A stretch of 64,000 bases of DNA, taken from assembly GCF_008831285.2 (NCBI RefSeq), contig NC_045138.2, forward strand, positions 33,976,001 through 34,040,000. Direction: 5' to 3'. Position numbers and translations under genes: made by a program. Positions 14,335-27,202 of the stretch are shown here, one piece after another. The notes under the pieces are model-generated. The model was not told the origin of the DNA. It did no database searches and was given only the letters and a program-made list of their open reading frames with translations. How positions within the stretch are numbered: position 1 is the stretch's first letter; every line of letters starts with the position of its first letter. Source of the DNA: Nymphaea colorata. Lineage: Eukaryota.

Positions 14335-14420
14335 CTTGCGATCTTGCTTCGAGAGAAATCGTGTATTTCGCGAGCGCGAGCGAGAGAAAGAGAGAGAGCG
14401 AGAGAGAGGTCCAAGGCAAA
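14335..14420 (-). other. Probable non-coding first exon of VHA-G, implying a ~3.3 kb 5'UTR intron (14334-11005)
   Basis: (CT)n-rich leader, donor CAAG|GTTGGT at 14335/14334, acceptor ttttcag 4 nt upstream of the ATG at 11000. Confidence 0.55.
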
Positions 14421-15231
14421 CACTACCCCTGCAGGGTGAGGTTTATTCCGAATCCCTACGGATCGGGTGTAACCTGACATAACCGATCCATATCATAAAT
14501 TTGTGGACGAGTTCACAGTTTGGAGCTGAATATGCAACAGCTTCTTACTGGTAACATGGCGCAATTATGAAAAAATTGTTTCTTGATTAAAGGAGAAAAC
14601 ATTCCTTTCCGTTTTATATATATATATATGTATATATATCAGAAACTAAACTGAAATAAATTATCAACTTCTTTTTTTTTTGTATAATCCAACCATATAA
14701 GTGTAGTAATGGTTTGATATGAATTATATATTAGGCCAATCATGTTTTATGTTAAACAGCTATTCAATAGACGTGTTATCATGATGGGCTGGTTTTTGTT
14801 GAAATGTGGTTTGGAATATATTAAGCTAATATACTAATTGATACACATAAATTTTAGTTAGAATAGGGTTGCAGACAAGATGAGCAGTCCGGGCGCCATG
14901 GCTTTGATCTTAGCACAATATCAAGTTTAGGTAAACTCAAGCACCAAGTATAATCAAGTATAGAAAATTGAAATTAACATGATATTGTTGGAAGACTAAA
15001 TATTCAAAACATATCAATCAAAGCACTATAAACTATCATTAGAAATACCATACACCGTTGCTATGATATAGTTGCTAATGCTCATAAACAGTATGATTTT
15101 TTTTTTTTTTACCGTCACGCATGACCATATTATTTACATATTTGAGAAACCATTTTCTGAAGAGGAGTGAATGGTCTGAACAAGGTGGCCGCCACTCGTA
15201 CCCTTCAAATGTGATTATGAATGACACTTTT

Positions 15232-15350
15232 AATTGTCAATCGAGAAACAGTCACATGATGTGGTTGCACTGTGTATATGATATGGTGTGCTCGCTCAAT
15301 AGCTTGATCTTCATTCCACCAAATGTCCATCAAGACAATATGATTTTTGG
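15232..15350 (-). pseudogene. SNF2 helicase (CHR27/28/Ris1-like) C-terminal exon fragment, inverted copy
   Basis: The reverse strand reads approx. NHIVLMDIWWNEDQAIERAH...HHVTVSRLT, matching the HVILLDLWWNP..EDQAIDRAHRIGQTRPVTV motif. Frameshifted. Confidence 0.7.
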
Positions 15351-15539
15351 TCAAGCATCAGACTTCTACAATGGTATCAAAATCCCTGACATTCAAGTCT
15401 TTCCAATTCATAGTCTTTCCGGTTCACGATTGAGTTCTTCAATGGAATTTTTAGCATGACACGTATGTCATGTCACGCTAGAAATTTCATTGAAGAACTC
15501 ATCTATGTCATACAAAGGAAGACTTGATGCCCTTCAAGA

Positions 15540-16400
15540 ACTCATCTAGAGATCAGAGAATTCGAGACCCTTCAAGAGGCCTGATGCCCGTTGTATAACT
15601 AAAATGTTCATATAGTTTTACTATCACTTAATGACCATATATGTACATATTCGAGGAACCATTCTCTGAACAGGTGTGAACATGGTTCATATTGCCTCGT
15701 TGGACCTATGGTCGAACCCAATGATTAAAGATCAAGCTATTGATAGAGCACATCACACAGGGTAAACACATCATGTGACTGTTTTTCTATTGACAATTAG
15801 AAGTGCTATCGGGGATCGCATCAAGGATTTATCATGAAGCATGGCCAGGCTCATTTCCCACAATTTACGCCAATAGAATGCACATGAGAATTGATGGAAA
15901 CCCGAGCCAAGGGATTCCAGGCACGGATCTTCTCTGTGGGACTACTAGTTTATGCCGGCATTCTTTATACTCAAATCAATCTAATAGCAAAAAAGTATAT
16001 AATTGAAATCACAAAAGAAAATCAAGTAGAAATGATGAACCGTACATATAACATAAAATTCTTTTAAGAAAACCAAGTGAAGGAGCGCCTTCACCTTCTG
16101 CCATACATTTTCGCAAGCCTCGGACTGAAAAAACTTGAGGTCACTCTTTGCAGAGCTCAGTAGGCACACAGAGATTTGTCCTTCAACAATCAAATTTAAA
16201 GAAAAAAAATACACCTAAAAAGAAAAGATACCACAAATAACATTTTGGGCAATAGTAGACGTAGAAGTAAAAAAACTCATGTTTCAATGTGTCGATAACA
16301 AGTATGGTAATTTTAGGTTTTAATATGATTATTGGCATCAAATGTTATCTAATATTTGGCACTACCAGCTGTACGATCCAAAGTAAGAGTATTCGCATTT
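15540..16400 (+). repeat. Dispersed repeat unit carrying the SNF2 fragment; further copies at ~37200-37920 and ~38990-39850
   Basis: Long shared stretches such as ggatcttctctgtgggacta...tttatactcaaatcaatctaatagcaa...gagatttgtccttcaacaatcaaatttaaagaaaaaa...atggtaattttaggttttaatat occur in all three copies. Confidence 0.85.
15670..15830 (+). pseudogene. SNF2 helicase (CHR27/28/Ris1-like) C-terminal exon fragment
   Basis: Reads HIASLDLWSNPMIKDQAIDRAHHTG*THHVTVFLLTIR, with an in-frame stop and no other helicase exons nearby. Confidence 0.75.
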
Positions 16401-17910
16401 CCTAATCCAAGACTTTTTATTCAAATTTTCCCAGTTTAAACTTGTGCAATACTTTAGAGAGTAAATTTGCTGAAAAAACCCCACTCATATCTATGATTGT
16501 TTGATAACTTGTATATAAAATACTAGAACCAAAATTTGGGAGCTATACATGTGTGAGGAAAATTGTCTGTCGTTTGATGTTTTTGTTAACACGTATGGAA
16601 ATTTTAGGTTTTAATATTAATGTCGACACTAGATGCCATCTAAATTTGACGAGTAGTAACTGTGCATTTTTAAAGTGCGAGTGTTTGCATTTTAAATTTT
16701 CTTAATTTATGTTTTGTGTATCATTTAAGAGAATAGAGTTGGTCGAAAGACCCCTCATGGCTTCATAGTTTCGTCAACTCCGCCTTTTCTGGTTTCAAGG
16801 CTTCATGGCCTTATCGAGAAGAAACAAATCCGTGCAGATCATAAGAGACGAGAAGAGGCACGAACTGACTCTCCCACAACAAATTGTTCTTACTGTTGAG
16901 ATTCACTGAGAGACAATGTTGAAGGCTTGTTGAAACAGATGGAATGAACAACAGTGGTAGAGTGAGTTCAGTGCTTCAAGAACCACATTGCATCACCGAT
17001 GACTATGCGAAGTTCACTGCAAATAAAGTTTGAATTGAAGATATTGTACATTGTTTAGTATGCGTTTTCCACACCAGGAGATAAGTTGAGAGATCATTAG
17101 AATGCATTTAGTTTAGCACTTATTAGTCACACGTTTTATTTTATTTTATATTCAGCCAGCCCTCAACTTGGAATGCCTGGCATTTGATAAGAAAAACCTT
17201 GTATTCTTTGAACACATGTTTCTAAAAACATACATTTCAAAAATATTATAAACAAATCAAAACTGAATACCATTGACGACACCTATGCACCTAAGGAGGT
17301 GTCTGGATTTTGTCGACGGTCAACAGAGGACACCTGAAAAGCCACCTGAGCGATTATTCTTTGTTTACGATTTGTTAATTCTTTGTTCATCAAATTTTTC
17401 GAGAAGCGAACTGACCTGCCTTGGCCCTTGGGAGAATCGGAATGAAGGGAACCACGTTTGCCGTCGCTGTGCTTTCAAAAGAAGCAGCGATATCAAAGGC
17501 TTTTAACTTTCTGGTGATATTCATATAACAAAAACATGATCTATTTTTTAGAATATGATGTATCTTTTTTGCTTAATTATTCCTCCAATGGATTCCAATA
17601 GGTAAATGTACAACATCCATACATAAATAAGTTTCCGTTACTCTTTTCAAAAATTTAAATGGTAAGCGAGAGGTTGTTTGCTACATGACAACAATCTTGT
17701 GTAGCTCACAGGCAGGCAGCCGTCTTCCGGACAAGAGTCATGTCTGATCAGTTCTTATCTATGAAGGACATGAACAAATGAGTGGAATAAATGGGTCGGA
17801 TATATTGCAAATTCTTGTTTCAAGCATTGAATAAGCGAGACTTCTTCTAGGCGCTTACCCGGAAAAGTAACAAGACATGATTCTTTGCCATCGACATTGG
17901 CATCTAGTAG

Positions 17911-20900
17911 GCCCTTACTTCCCTTTTATAGCCTTTCCCATTAAATGCTAAGAGTTAACCTTTCCCATTAAATGCTAAGAGTTAAAAAAAGGAAGGTAAT
18001 CGCAACGGGCAATTTCAACCGCCTCGATTTCTGTTAATTTCAACGCCCTCGCTTTCCTTTCTCATCTTCAACGCCAATTTCTCTCCGTCCCTCGATCCTT
18101 CGAGCTCTCTTCTCTCGTATCTCGATTCTGCGGGAGGTGCAGCTGTCTGGGGGCACCGGCAACCAGCGACGCACCGGAACCATGGTAAGAGCTCTCTTTC
18201 TCTCTCTCGACGCTAGAAATCCTCTTCCTCCACCCTCTGCTTCAAGGCGGAGGGTTTCTGAATCCAGGGGAAACCCTCTGCCTCTGAAACACTCTCAAGC
18301 GGAGGGTTTCAGAGTTTAGAGAAAACCCTCTGCCTGGAGGCAAGGGTTTCCTCTGCAAATCCTCTGCCACGAGGCAGAGGGGTTGAAAGAGTTTCCTTGA
18401 AACTTTCTCTTCGAGGTGGAGGATTTTTCAGAAAAATCCTCCGTACCCACTCGAGATATGCTTATGGGGCTCTACCTATTAACGATGGGCATATAATAGA
18501 CGGCGTCCTCAAGGCATAGCCTCAGCTCGAGGGCCTATTACTTAAGTTTCCCCATGGTTAATCAAAGAGATTCATAAAGCTCATTTCTGTCAAGTCAATT
18601 GTTAAATAAGTGAAAATGTACTGTTTTACCATCCAATAAGAGAATCCAACTAATGAGTGAATTTTTTCAAAGTCTGTTGGTTTTCAATATTTTGGAACCC
18701 ACTTTCCAATAAGGTTTCTCAAATTTGTTTTTTTTGTTGTTACCTTAGAAATCTTGATTTTAGAAAGTTCTAATTTCATGAGTAGAGGTGATCTCTTGAG
18801 CAGTATACCAATCTATGGTCGAGAGCTATTCTTTTGTTAGGAATCTCTAAAAATTCAACTCGGGCTTCATCACTGTGGCATGTCTACATGAAGGTATATC
18901 TTTATTTACCTTTAATATTTCCTTGAGGAATGGGAGAAATTTCAAGTTCTTGCTATCAGTTGGCTGAAAGGAATTTTGAAAGACCTTCGATATGAGCAAA
19001 AGAGGAGAAGTTCAATGAAGTTAAGAAAGCTTGGGAAAGGATATTACATTGACTTTGACAATCAGGCATTTGCAAGGGTTCAACAATGAAATACTATGAG
19101 AAGAAACCCTCATATTCCATAAGATTCTGACAGTATATCAAAAAAAAAAAGCACCTAAAGGAGGGGGTGCTGGGGGATTTCTCTACTGTCATTGAGCTGA
19201 AGGTGATGGAATGAGGTTCCTTCAGACCAACCTCCAAAGTACTAAAATGAAAAAGAAGAAGGAAAAGGGAGCACCAAGAGTGGGAGCAGGGAATTTCTCT
19301 ACTGTCACTGAGCTGAAGGTGATGGAATGAGTTTCCTCTATGCAAACCTCAAAAGTGCTTAAAAAAAAAGAAACATGTGGGAGCACCAAGACGGAGGATT
19401 TCTGTACTATCACTGAGCTGAAGGTGATGGCATGGGCTTCCTTGCGCGGGGATTTCTCTACTGTCACTAAGCTGAAGGTGATGGAATGAGATTTCTCCAA
19501 GCAAACGTCGTAAGTGCTTTCAAAAAAAATAAAAAAGGCATGAAGAGGGGGGGGATTTTTCTCTACTGTCACTAAGCTGAAGGTGATGGAGTGGTCTATC
19601 CTCCAAGCAAACCTCGTAAGTGCTTAAAAAAACAAAAAATGAAAAAACAAAGGATACCTGTCAGGAATTATAAAGATATGGGGGCCAAAATCTCAAGTAT
19701 CAATTGCAAAAATCTTTTGCACATGCGAGATTTCAAGTCAATGTTTACTCCTTTTTTGTGCTTTTCTATGAGGCTGAGAATTTCTCCTTTATGTTCATGT
19801 CCTAGAGATGTAAAGAGTTCCTTTCAAGAAGCTTGATAGCATCGCCTTGAGGTACATCTTAATACCCATGAAATATTTTGGGTGAACGAGAATATCTCCT
19901 GCACACAAATGAGAATACAGTTGCACTCACAAAGCTCAAGTTGAAATTCTTAGAGATTCAGGCAAAAAAAGTTGTGATCAGATTGAGATATTGCTCACCT
20001 TTTGCTCATGAAAAAGTGTAAGCAAAGTTTTCCCACAATTAATCCTTTGATGTCTAATTAATCCTTTGATGTCTCACCAAAGTAGGATCAACCTAAGACT
20101 CTTTGTTCTTACTAGAATATTAAATCATAACCTTTAGAGTATTAAATCATAACCTTCAGTTAAACTAATGAGTTAAATTAATGACAATTGAAGGGGTCCT
20201 TGATGAGAAGCAACCATGTGTTTTACACTTCAAGAAAAAATGCTTTCTTTGGAGGTTTGAGGGGAATGGAAGAGAGATGGCCAATTAGTTTTGCAGGACA
20301 CCTTCTCAGTTTAGGAGGTGCGGGAAAGGGAAATTTTCTTGGGTGGTTTCTCCATTTTTGAGGGTCTACATGGTTTAAGTAGAAGGTTAACTGCCAAAAA
20401 ACTTCTCAAATTTGGGTCTCCCCTCCCCCCCCCCCCCCCCCTCTCTCTCTATTTCTCCATGGTATTGATTTCCGTCTTCACGAGTATTGCTCTCTTGTCA
20501 TATTCAATTTTTTTTCTGGTTGGAAAATCTTTATTATTTTTTTATGTGCATTTATGCTTCTTCTCTCTTACTTGCCATGTTCATCTCTCCTTCTCTCCTT
20601 CCGACCAGAAAATCTCTTCTGTGCTGGTCTTTTAGGTGGTGATTATTCTTTGTTATCATGTCCACATATTGTTCAGCTAGTTTGCATTTCCACTTGTTTA
20701 ATATTGAGGCAACGTTCACTGCTAGGCTCTTATGGGCTTCCCTCGATTGACAATGAAAAAGTAAGTATTACAAGTTCTTCTTGGTAGACAATATTTGTGT
20801 GTTTTACAATTCACACATACACATAAAAGATTATGTAATTATTGTTGCAAGGTGTATGCCTGTATTCTTGTAATTATTGTCACTGACCCTGTATCTATCT

Positions 20901-22485
20901 TTGCAGTATTTTCCATCTGTTGGCTACATAGTTCTTGGCATTGTTGTTGATTGTTTTCCATCTGTAAGCATCGTGGATGTTGGTTTTATCTGATTTGATA
21001 GTAACATGGTATCTACTCAACATTTGCAAGGGTTTGTTTGCAATGATCTGTTACTGTATCTAATTTGCTGACCTCATTATTTCTTGGTATCGTGTCTAGA
21101 CTGTTTCTATAATGTGAATTTCATATTTCATGCATGACCTTACCATACATCAACTCAGACTTTGTGTACTTCTCTGCATGTTCTGTTTTCCTGGAACCTT
21201 CTTCAAGGCACTTAATTATCTAGGTGCCTTGTTTTCCATCCATTTGATTTTTTTTTTTTTTTGAGCCTGTGTGTTTTGGGCATGCTTGGTTCTGAATAGA
21301 CATCAGTATTTGATTATTGTATAGTTCTAATTTTTCTAGACCTTTATTGTTCCAAGTTCCTAACGTCCTTATGTTTTGACAAATATGGCTTTCATCTTTT
21401 CCTTTGATTTTCTAGAATTTAAATGTGCCTGAATATTTTGTTGTTACTTTTACTTATACATTCTTCCGTTAGTTTTGAATCTTATTGAATGAGTTGCCTC
21501 TGGTAAGAATATCACTTTTCCAAAGATTTAATTTTGTAATAATTTGGAGTGTTCATAATTTGTTAGACATATGTTCAGTTTTTCACAAAGAAAGCCCACA
21601 AAATTTCAGGATTTTTTGAACTTCCAGTCATTTTTTATAGATTTTTAAGCTATTCCCTGTTTTTTATTCTCACGAACCAAAATTCTGAAAACCAAAATCA
21701 ATTCTCACTTTTTTAATTGTATCTATTTAAGAGATTTTCAATTCTACTTTTTCTGAGTGTTTTGTCAAATTTTATAGTTTTTATTTTATTTTTATATTGA
21801 GGAAAATTTCTAGCTAGTGAAGCTCAACCAAACATGAAAAGTTGTGAAGAAAGGGATTATGAGCATTTTATCATTTCTTTCTGTGCTTCAATGTACGAGT
21901 GCATGAAAAAGGAGATTTTTTAAGTTGAAGATTTATCTGGAAGGCAACATGAGCCATTAATCATGTATCTTGTATGACATATGGATGTGTCCAACATTTT
22001 TGTATGCAGTGTATTTTGATACTGAGGAAAATTGCTGGCCAATAGAGCTCAACCAAGAGGTTGTGAAGAAATGGATTAGGAGCATTTTATCGTTTCTTCC
22101 TGTGTATTGTTCTTGTTGCAGTTGCTTTTCTGGAGGTACCGTTGAAATTTCTTGGGAATCGAAAGGAATCTGAATATGTAGGTGGCCAGTTTATCCTCTG
22201 TTGAAATGACACACATATTTCCCCTAGGCCAGTGTTCTTGTGTTGTGATCACCTTAAGACTTTCGTCTAGCAAGATTTGTTTTTGAGCTTCATACTAGTG
22301 CTTTGTAGATTAGAAGAAATCAAATGTTCAGGGTAGAGGTCTATAAAATCTCTCCAAAAGGGGACAATGAGATCCATTCCCTTCCTTTGAAACTTCTTCC
22401 AGAGCTTCCAACGTTTCATCTTGGTGATGAAGCCTTGAAGCCCATGTCCTCTTGAATAACCAATTCTCACGTCCTTAATTTCTTA
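17911..22485 (+). repeat. Segmental direct duplication, copy A (~4.6 kb)
   Basis: Near-identical to 28569-33249 along its whole length, from gcccttac.tcccttttatagcc to cacgtccttaatttctta, with small indels only. Confidence 0.95.
19176..19590 (+). repeat. Array of 5 copies of the 34-nt repeat GATTTCTCTACTGTCACTRAGCTGAAGGTGATGG with variable spacers
   Basis: Copies start at approx. 19176, 19292, 19397, 19451 and 19554 (periods ~116, 105, 54, 103 nt). Confidence 0.9.
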
Positions 22486-23214
22486 ACTTGAACATGCTCA
22501 TCCTTTGGGCATCCCACGTGAGCCAAGAGTCGTCCTACATTAAGAGATGGATTGTGCGCTGTGGATTGTTCAACAAAGGAGATGAATTGTCAAGCTTCTC
22601 CCCAAATGCCAAGGTAGAATTGCTGTTTTCTCTATGTAGGAACCTTTCATGCATGCATTGTAGAGTTGATTTATAGCATTGCATTAATTTTAATTTGTTT
22701 TGCGATTTTCATGCTTCATGTATAGCATATTTAGCTGAACTTTTGATCCTTTGTTCATCGTAGGATTAGAGTTATGATTTAGTATCACTGATTTGTTTGA
22801 AAAAGAACAAAAAAAACTTAAAATTGCCTTTAGGAACAGTCTGTTTTCATTCGTATTCTTATGTTTTCATTCGTATTCTTAGATGAGAACATCAAGGTAC
22901 GTGCATCTGCACCATCACAATCATCTTTCTTTTGTTTTCTCTGTTCGTCCTTAGCTTGTGCTTAGCTTTTCTGGTGTATGCCTAGCTCTGTCCTCAAACA
23001 CTTGAAAGCACTAGTTGTTTTGCAAGGTGTATGCCTATATAGAGCCTAGATGAGGCCTTCAAGATACCAGCACCATCACAACGATCTCTTTCTTCTGTTT
23101 TCTCCGTTTAAGCTTACCTTTTTTTTTTTCGAATTCTAGTGGTGGGACGTATCAATGTATGCCTTGTGCGATAAAATTGAATTTGGATTTGATTCTTGGT
23201 GTTGTGTGAAAATT

Positions 23215-24790
23215 AGCCCACAAAATTTCAGGATTTTTCATTTTTGATAGATTTTTAAGCTATTCCCTATTTTTGATTCTCACGAACCAAAATTCTGAAA
23301 GCCAAAATCAATTCTCACTTTTTTAATTCTATCTATTAAAGAGATTTTCAATGCTACTTTTTCTGAGTGTTTTGTCAAATTTTATAGTTTTTATATTATT
23401 TTTATATTGAGGAAAATTTCTAGCTAGTGAAGCCCAACCAAACATAAAAGGAAAGGGATTAGGAGCATTTTATCATTTCTTCCTATCAATGTACGAGTGC
23501 ATGAAAAAGGACATTTTTTAAGTTGAAGATTCACCTGATGCGGTTGAAAACAAGTTCTGCTCACTTGTAAATCTGATGCGGTCCTACTTTTTTCCTAAAC
23601 ATTTCGACTTCTCATCTGTTGCCGCAGAGAGTTGGCCTTTTACATTTGGAGAACCATTAAATCACTCTCGTCTCACAGTCATTTCCTGAGGCCACATGGT
23701 GGAGGATCCATTGCATGGTTCTGTGCTAGAAAAATATTATGTTAATGCAGTTTCCATCTGTTAAGTGCCTTTTGATGGTGGAATTGGCTACAAGTTTCAG
23801 TGTTGAACTCACTTTCACATATGACATAGATGAACGCGTCTGTGCTTTTCTTTTTATGAATCATTTTGGTTACCAACCTCAAGATTCAGTCATGTCCTTA
23901 CATTACATGCTGTTTTCGGAATTGCTTACAATAAATGCACGTTGTATGGTCCTTGAGTTGAACTCTCTTAACTGATATCATATGTCTATGTTGCTGGGTA
24001 GCCGTAATTTGAGCAAGAAGAGACGTAAAACTGAGTCTTGCAAAGGGAGACGAAGCTTGTTTTCTTTAGCTTTTAGGATACCAAGGTTAAAAGCTTAACA
24101 TTCGGTGGTTGTGTAAATAATCTTCTGCTTCTAGAAAAATCTTTCAAATGCAACAAGGTTTGTACAGTTTGTCAATGAAATGTGGGCAACGTCGAAACAC
24201 CTTTTTTGGTTGTGCCATACTATTGATAAAAAATTTAAGGTCCCATTTGGATGCATGTTCAAAATTGACGTTTTGGAGCTAAAAAACGTGGTTTTATTGC
24301 AAAAGCTGGGAGTGGAGGTCTTCTTTTCACTCAAAACACTCCAGAGCTTCCAACATCTCATCTTGGTGATGAAGCCTTGAAGCCCATGTCCTCTTGAATA
24401 GCCTCTTAATTTATTAACTTGAACATGCTCGTCTTCTTTCTGCATCCCACGTGAGCCAAGAGTCGTCCTACATTAAGAGATGGATTGTGCGATGCGGATT
24501 GTTCAACAAAGGAGATGAATTGTCAAGCTTCTCCCCAAATACCAACGTAGAATTGCTCTATGTAGGATCCTTTCATGCATGCATTGTAGAGGAGTGTTGA
24601 TTTATAGCATTGTATTAATTTTGATTTGTTTTGCTATTTTCATGCTTCATGTATAGCATATTTAGCTGAATTTTTTATCATTTGATCATCGTAGGATTAG
24701 AGTTATGATTAATTATTACTAATTTGTTTGAAAAAGAACAAAAAAGACTTAAAATTGCCTTTAGGAACTGGCTGTTTTCATTCGTATTCT
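23215..24790 (+). repeat. Partial extra copies of the 3' part of the duplicated block (23215-23530 similar to 21590-21930; 24340-24790 similar to 22400-22860)
   Basis: Shared strings cccacaaaatttcaggatttt...gaaaaaggagattttttaagttgaagatt and ccagagcttccaac...gttttcattcgtattctt. Confidence 0.85.
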
Positions 24791-27036
24791 TCATCAAAAA
24801 GGAAAAAAAATTGTTTTTTTCTTGTTTCTATGGATCTTTTCCTTGTGTAAAGAATTGTACATATCTGTTTTGGTTTAGCTTTCATAGCTGGTTCTTTTCT
24901 AGTTTCTGGGTGGCGTAGGATGGTTTGTTGTCTTGGGGTCCCCTATTTATTTTAGCAAATGTAACTGCACAAAAATTGAGGAATGCACTATACATTATAC
25001 CTGCTCCTTCCTTTCTGTCAGATTGGCATGGCTGACATTTTCGAGAAATAACCTAAGGTTTCTGAAATATTGTTTTTGAAAAATGGTGCACGATCTATTT
25101 TTGCTACATGCATTGAGCAAAAGGGAACGATGTAAACAAACGTAAGTTTGAATTCACTCACTGTTTCTCCAAGCTGCCTGCATTTGGTGAGCCATGCATA
25201 TGTTGTAAACAATTAAGGTTTCGGGCTCCAGTATTGCCGAAACAGCACTTCATGTTAAAGGCGTGTTTGCACTTGGCCTACGAATGAAGTTCATCTGATT
25301 CAAACTTGGTAAGGTAGATGGGAGATGTCACTAATTCATCATCCATAGCAGACTAATTCATCATCATCCATAGCCAGAATAGAAAGATCGTTAACGGTGA
25401 GGTTTTTTCTGGGGTATTTTTTGACAAAACTGAAAATCACGAGGAAATCTTGAAAAGAGTTTGACATTTTTTTTTCAAAAAGATAAGGTCTAAAAAAAAA
25501 AGTTAAATGAAAAACTGACCGAAAAACATAAAAAGTAGTTTGATGGAGTGGTAAAAATGATGCTTTGGAAATGACCATAAATAATTCCAACTTTCAAGAA
25601 CAATGTAAAAATAATGAGGAACAGACACGATAAAAACACCTACAGCATTAATGAGGAACAAACACGATAAAAACAGCTGCAGCATGAAATTTTCATTTTG
25701 AATTTTTTTTCAAACAAAAAAAAGGAAAAAGACAGGCTTTTTTCATTTTTATTATTTTAGATATTTTTATCTTGTTTTTTCCGTGCCATGGTTCCATCTA
25801 TCTGGCTATAGCATTGAACTTTAACTCAAAGTACACTACAATAATAATTAATATCCATTACTGACATCCTTAGGGCATCAAACGGTCTTTTACTTTGAAA
25901 AATCTTGACAAATTTTTAAAAAAACTACAAAGAAACTTGAAAGTTATATAAAAATAAAATAGATGAGAAATAAATAAAAAATATGAAAAACGAGTGTTTT
26001 TATTTTCTGGCACTAAGAAAAAATGCCTTACCGTTTCTGTTTGTTTGTGGTTTGTGGTGTATTTATAGTGTCAAGACGCGGTATTTGTGAGTTGTGACCG
26101 TGGCTTAGGATCTTAATCCTCCGCCCTTGACAACAGACCACTCGATTTTGACGGAGGGGCAGATGGCGGCTTTCATATCTCTCTGTCTCACTCCATATAT
26201 ATATATATATATTATATCTGTGTGTGTATTGGAATGAGTGCCAGCCAATCTTGTTGATGGACAGCCTATGCTAATCTACATTAGTATTCATATTTTCTAT
26301 TTGCTCATATTGTGGAAAGTGGAACCATGCGCATTAATAGTTTGTATAAATAAAAAATCATTTACATTCCAATTTCCATTTACATTCTAATTTCCAAGGT
26401 CAGCTATGATGAATTAAGTTTTTGATCATTTATTTGTCTTAATCTAAACAAAAAAATTTAGATCCTCGCATGAAAGATTAAAAGTAAATCAGATCAACAT
26501 TTGGTGTAGACCCACAATCGTTAGCGCTTCTTGATTTTGATTTTTTTGCAAAACTCAAACAAAAACTTTGAAACCCGCAACCCCTACTTAAGTGTTAACA
26601 AACAATGAGTAGTCTAGAAATGGATCTAATCGGTTTTAATAACTGAGTTGTGGGATGTATTCAAGGACGGAGGAGTTGTGCTAGGTGTATGGGTTTCAAG
26701 AAGCTGGTTGTGAGGTGTATCGGTTTCAAGAAGCAGAAGCTGGTTGTAAGATGTATCAGTTTGATTTATCCCAACGTTGATTATAGTTAAATTTAACTGC
26801 AACTGCATAAATTAATTTAATTTAAATTTTCAAATCAAATGGACTTTTGAAATTCCATGAATACACTACTAAAGTTGTATATTTTTTTAAAGCAACACAT
26901 GAATTGCTCCATTACTTAACTTGTAAATATTGTGAGAAGTACTCCATTTACTTAAAAACGATTTGAAGATTCACTTTTGGCTACTGCTAACTTTAATAAA
27001 AAAAATTATCATCTTACGACATAAAAGGGTATGGAG

Positions 27037-27202
27037 CAGGGTGAAGCTAGGAAATTCTGGTCATGAGCCACTAGATATAAAATTTTAAGAAATTTTAAGG
27101 GCCACCAAGATGTAATGAGAAAAATTGTTCATAAATATCAATACAGAAATAAGAAGTTTTTGGGGTCCATGTGGCCAATTGCCCATGCTTTGGCTACACC
27201 TG
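27037..27202. mobile_element. Possible degenerate MITE
   Basis: Imperfect terminal inverted ends cagggtgaagcta / tggctacacctg around an AT-rich core. No clear TSD. Confidence 0.3.

Noticed and set aside
19176..19590. True CRISPR array; the repeat start loosely resembles the Cas12a-type AATTTCTACT handle
   Set aside because: Plant nuclear context, no cas genes, spacer lengths very unequal, and spacers related to one another.
22340..22620. Possible LRR/NLR gene fragment in the thrice-repeated segment
   Set aside because: No convincing motif in any frame by eye.
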